Of a stretch of 64,000 bases of DNA, positions 61,966-64,000 are shown piece after piece. Location: NCBI GenBank assembly GCA_963841735.1, contig CAWJDT010000001.1:672001-736000 (forward strand), in the 5' to 3' direction. The position numbers and the translations under genes were made by a program. Source of the DNA: an uncultured Actinomycetes bacterium. Lineage in GTDB: Bacteria > Actinomycetota > Thermoleophilia > RBG-16-64-13. The notes beneath the pieces were generated by a model that was not told the DNA's origin, ran no database searches, and was given only the letters and a program-made list of their open reading frames with translations. Position 1 is the stretch's first letter, and each line of letters starts with the position of its first letter.

Positions 61966-63042
61966 CTAGTCGAGGTCGAACGCCCGCTGGTAGTGCGCAC
62001 TCTTGGAGCGCATGTAGGTATCCAGGCTCTGAAGGGCAGGGTCGTCCTTGATCAGCTCGCGGTGGAGCCCCTCCCACGTGCGAAAGCTGAAGCGATCCTT
62101 GGAATCCGGATGCAGGTAAGAATGAACGCTTTTCTCTGGGCACTCAAACGAGTAGTCCTCCGCTTCGCTGCCCAGAGCCCACTGGGTGCTGCTCACCAGA
62201 TTCACAACGTGCCAATCGCATCCATCGGCCATCTCGGAGGCAAAGACGACGTTCCGGAAGATCTGGCTGTGGAGCGGGTCGGCCACGCTGTCGCGGTGCA
62301 CGCTTCTCTTGGTGCTGTCCCCCGCCTTGTCCAGGTAGCGCCGGAGCAGCTGCTCGCGCTCGGTGGGCTTGTCGCCCGACGGAACCGCATCACCAAGCGC
62401 GGCGACCGGATTACCCGAGCCGAACTTCGCCTCTACGCAGACCACAAGCTGCCCCTCGATGGCCATGATCGCGTCGGGCTCTGTCTTGTAGCCCCTTATG
62501 TCGCCTTCCAAGCGCTCCCGTACTGCATCGAGCGGCCGGAACCGGGTTCGGCCGCCCCTCCTCACATCCACCAATTCGCCCCACAGATAGAGACTGGGCT
62601 CAACGTCAACCTCGCGGCCGGTTAGGAAACGGACGGCCTGCCGCAGCCCGCCTGCTTCCGCGAGACCCACGAGGACGTTCCAGGTGAGCGCGTCTTCGGA
62701 CATCTCGTTGCCCAGCCGGTAGCTTTCCGCCTTTGCAGCGGAGCCCAGTGCTATCTTGCGGGCAAGATCGGCGCGGATGGGGAAGTTCCGCAATCGCGCT
62801 TCCTTCTGCTTGTCGACCCCGTTCCAGTAGACGAAGGTGTTCGAATGGAGCCGTAGACCGTGCGATGGGCAGAAAGGGCGGTTGCCCCTTCCGCGGCGAA
62901 CATCTATCAGTTCGGCTGAACAGTCGGCAACCGGGCAGACCGATGGCCGCTTGGTCTTCAGTCGAGCGGGATCGAAATCGCGGTATCCAAAATGCCGGAA
63001 ACAACTGGAGGCTCCCAGAGGCAGGTCCTCATTGGCCGTCAT
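61966..63042 (-). CDS. Putative PD-(D/E)XK nuclease with N-terminal Cys/His cluster
   Basis: SEDALTWN...TEPD...VCVEAKFGS...QIFRN and CPVADC..CPSH. Confidence 0.6.
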   Translation of the reverse strand: MTANEDLPLGASSCFRHFGYRDFDPARLKTKRPSVCPVADCSAELIDVRRGRGNRPFCPSHGLRLHSNTFVYWNGVDKQKEARLRNFPIRADLARKIALGSAAKAESYRLGNEMSEDALTWNVLVGLAEAGGLRQAVRFLTGREVDVEPSLYLWGELVDVRRGGRTRFRPLDAVRERLEGDIRGYKTEPDAIMAIEGQLVVCVEAKFGSGNPVAALGDAVPSGDKPTEREQLLRRYLDKAGDSTKRSVHRDSVADPLHSQIFRNVVFASEMADGCDWHVVNLVSSTQWALGSEAEDYSFECPEKSVHSYLHPDSKDRFSFRTWEGLHRELIKDDPALQSLDTYMRSKSAHYQRAFDLD

Positions 63043-63045
63043 CCC

Positions 63046-63978
63046 TCACCCTTTTTCCAGGTTCGCGAGTTTATGCTGCGCCTCCGTGAGGGCCAGTTGC
63101 CACTGCAGCAGGGCCAGTTCGGCGGCGCGACTCTCGGTGGCCGCCAGGCTGCGCAGGCCCGAGACTTGGTCGAGCATCTTACCCGACTGCTCCAGCCCGG
63201 ACGTCACCGTCTCGGGCAACTTGCTCAGGTTCTGGGCCAGGCCGGCGGCGCCGGAGGTTCTCTCGGTGGAATACGAGGCCAGACCACCCAGGTCGGAGAA
63301 GGTGATGTCGTCGACCTTCTTGCCGAACAGCGAGCTGTGCAGGCGGATGGCCTGGAACCGGCAGTCCTTGTCCATGATCAGGTGTGGTTTTGACTCCACC
63401 GGCCGGGCCTTCATGTCTGTTTTGGCGCCCACCCTCTCGTATATCGTGAGCTGGGTGTGTCTGGGGATGCGCAGGACCACGCGATTGGGTCTTTGCCCCG
63501 GCAGGTGGCCCGGGTTACCGCCTGAGCCTTCCTTGGCCTGACTGTCTTTGCGACCTACTTGCACGGCGATTCCCAGCTTGTCCCAAACCTGTTCTTGAGC
63601 GGCTCTGGCAGGGGCGGCGGGGTCGAAAGTGATGTTGCCGCTATCGTCCACAGAGCAGCCTTTGCCCAGGTCGTCCAGGCTCATAACGTACTCGTACTGT
63701 TCGCCACGGGTGGAGATCTTGCCCGCCCTCCATTTGTCGTAGCGGCTATTCAAGCGGTCTAACTCGGCTTGGGCGACGGCCAGGGCCTTCTCTAGGGCAC
63801 TGAGGCGGGAAAGGCTGTCGAGGTCGCTGCCGGTGGCGAGTTTGGCGGCTTCTTCCGCGAGAGCCCGCTCCAAGGCGGTCACGGTGTCCCGACAGGTCTC
63901 CAGGAGCTCGGCTTGGTCGGGCTGGTGCTCCTGGTATTCCTGCCAGGGGTCCTTAGGCTCCGCGGTCTTTATGCCCAT
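63046..63978 (-). CDS. Hypothetical protein with coiled-coil ends
   Basis: 310-aa ORF with coding-like codon bias, ending 3 nt before the nuclease start. Confidence 0.7.
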   Translation of the reverse strand: MGIKTAEPKDPWQEYQEHQPDQAELLETCRDTVTALERALAEEAAKLATGSDLDSLSRLSALEKALAVAQAELDRLNSRYDKWRAGKISTRGEQYEYVMSLDDLGKGCSVDDSGNITFDPAAPARAAQEQVWDKLGIAVQVGRKDSQAKEGSGGNPGHLPGQRPNRVVLRIPRHTQLTIYERVGAKTDMKARPVESKPHLIMDKDCRFQAIRLHSSLFGKKVDDITFSDLGGLASYSTERTSGAAGLAQNLSKLPETVTSGLEQSGKMLDQVSGLRSLAATESRAAELALLQWQLALTEAQHKLANLEKG

Positions 63979-64000
63979 GTCTAGGGCGAGTAGGTCCAGG

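Noticed and set aside
57300-64000. Integron cassette array, prophage or IS element
   Set aside because: No integrase, transposase or phage structural gene, no convincing attC repeats, and mixed gene orientations.

Overview
This is a GC-rich bacterial chromosome segment containing the replication origin. The gene order is ddl, tRNA-Ala/Ile, gyrA, gyrB, dciA, recF, S4, dnaN, oriC, dnaA, an HATPase-wHTH gene, then rpmH, rnpA, yidD, yidC, jag, mnmE, an mnmG-like gene, mnmG, rsmG, parA and parB. Gene content and leaderless promoters suggest a deep-branching actinomycete such as Thermoleophilia (inference). Housekeeping and metabolic genes follow: a GT4/GH57 cluster, trpB2, trpS, a fumarase-sdhCDAB operon, a DUF2089-ABC module, a CWB2 L,D-transpeptidase and recQ. 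From about 57.3 kb there is an accessory region rich in toxin-antitoxin modules, with gene remnants and a putative PD-(D/E)XK nuclease operon. Many frameshifts at 0.7-12.6 kb and 31-40 kb, including in essential gyrase genes, look like sequencing or assembly errors. The most notable signals are a UGA-recoded (selenocysteine) lipoprotein MsrA with a SECIS hairpin, an HATPase-wHTH gene between the two DnaA-box clusters, intact but catalytically degenerate CbiA and MnmG paralogs, two covarying 27-bp palindromes inside an ORF6N gene, and the candidate defence operon at the right edge. All calls come from reading the sequence; no database search was run.
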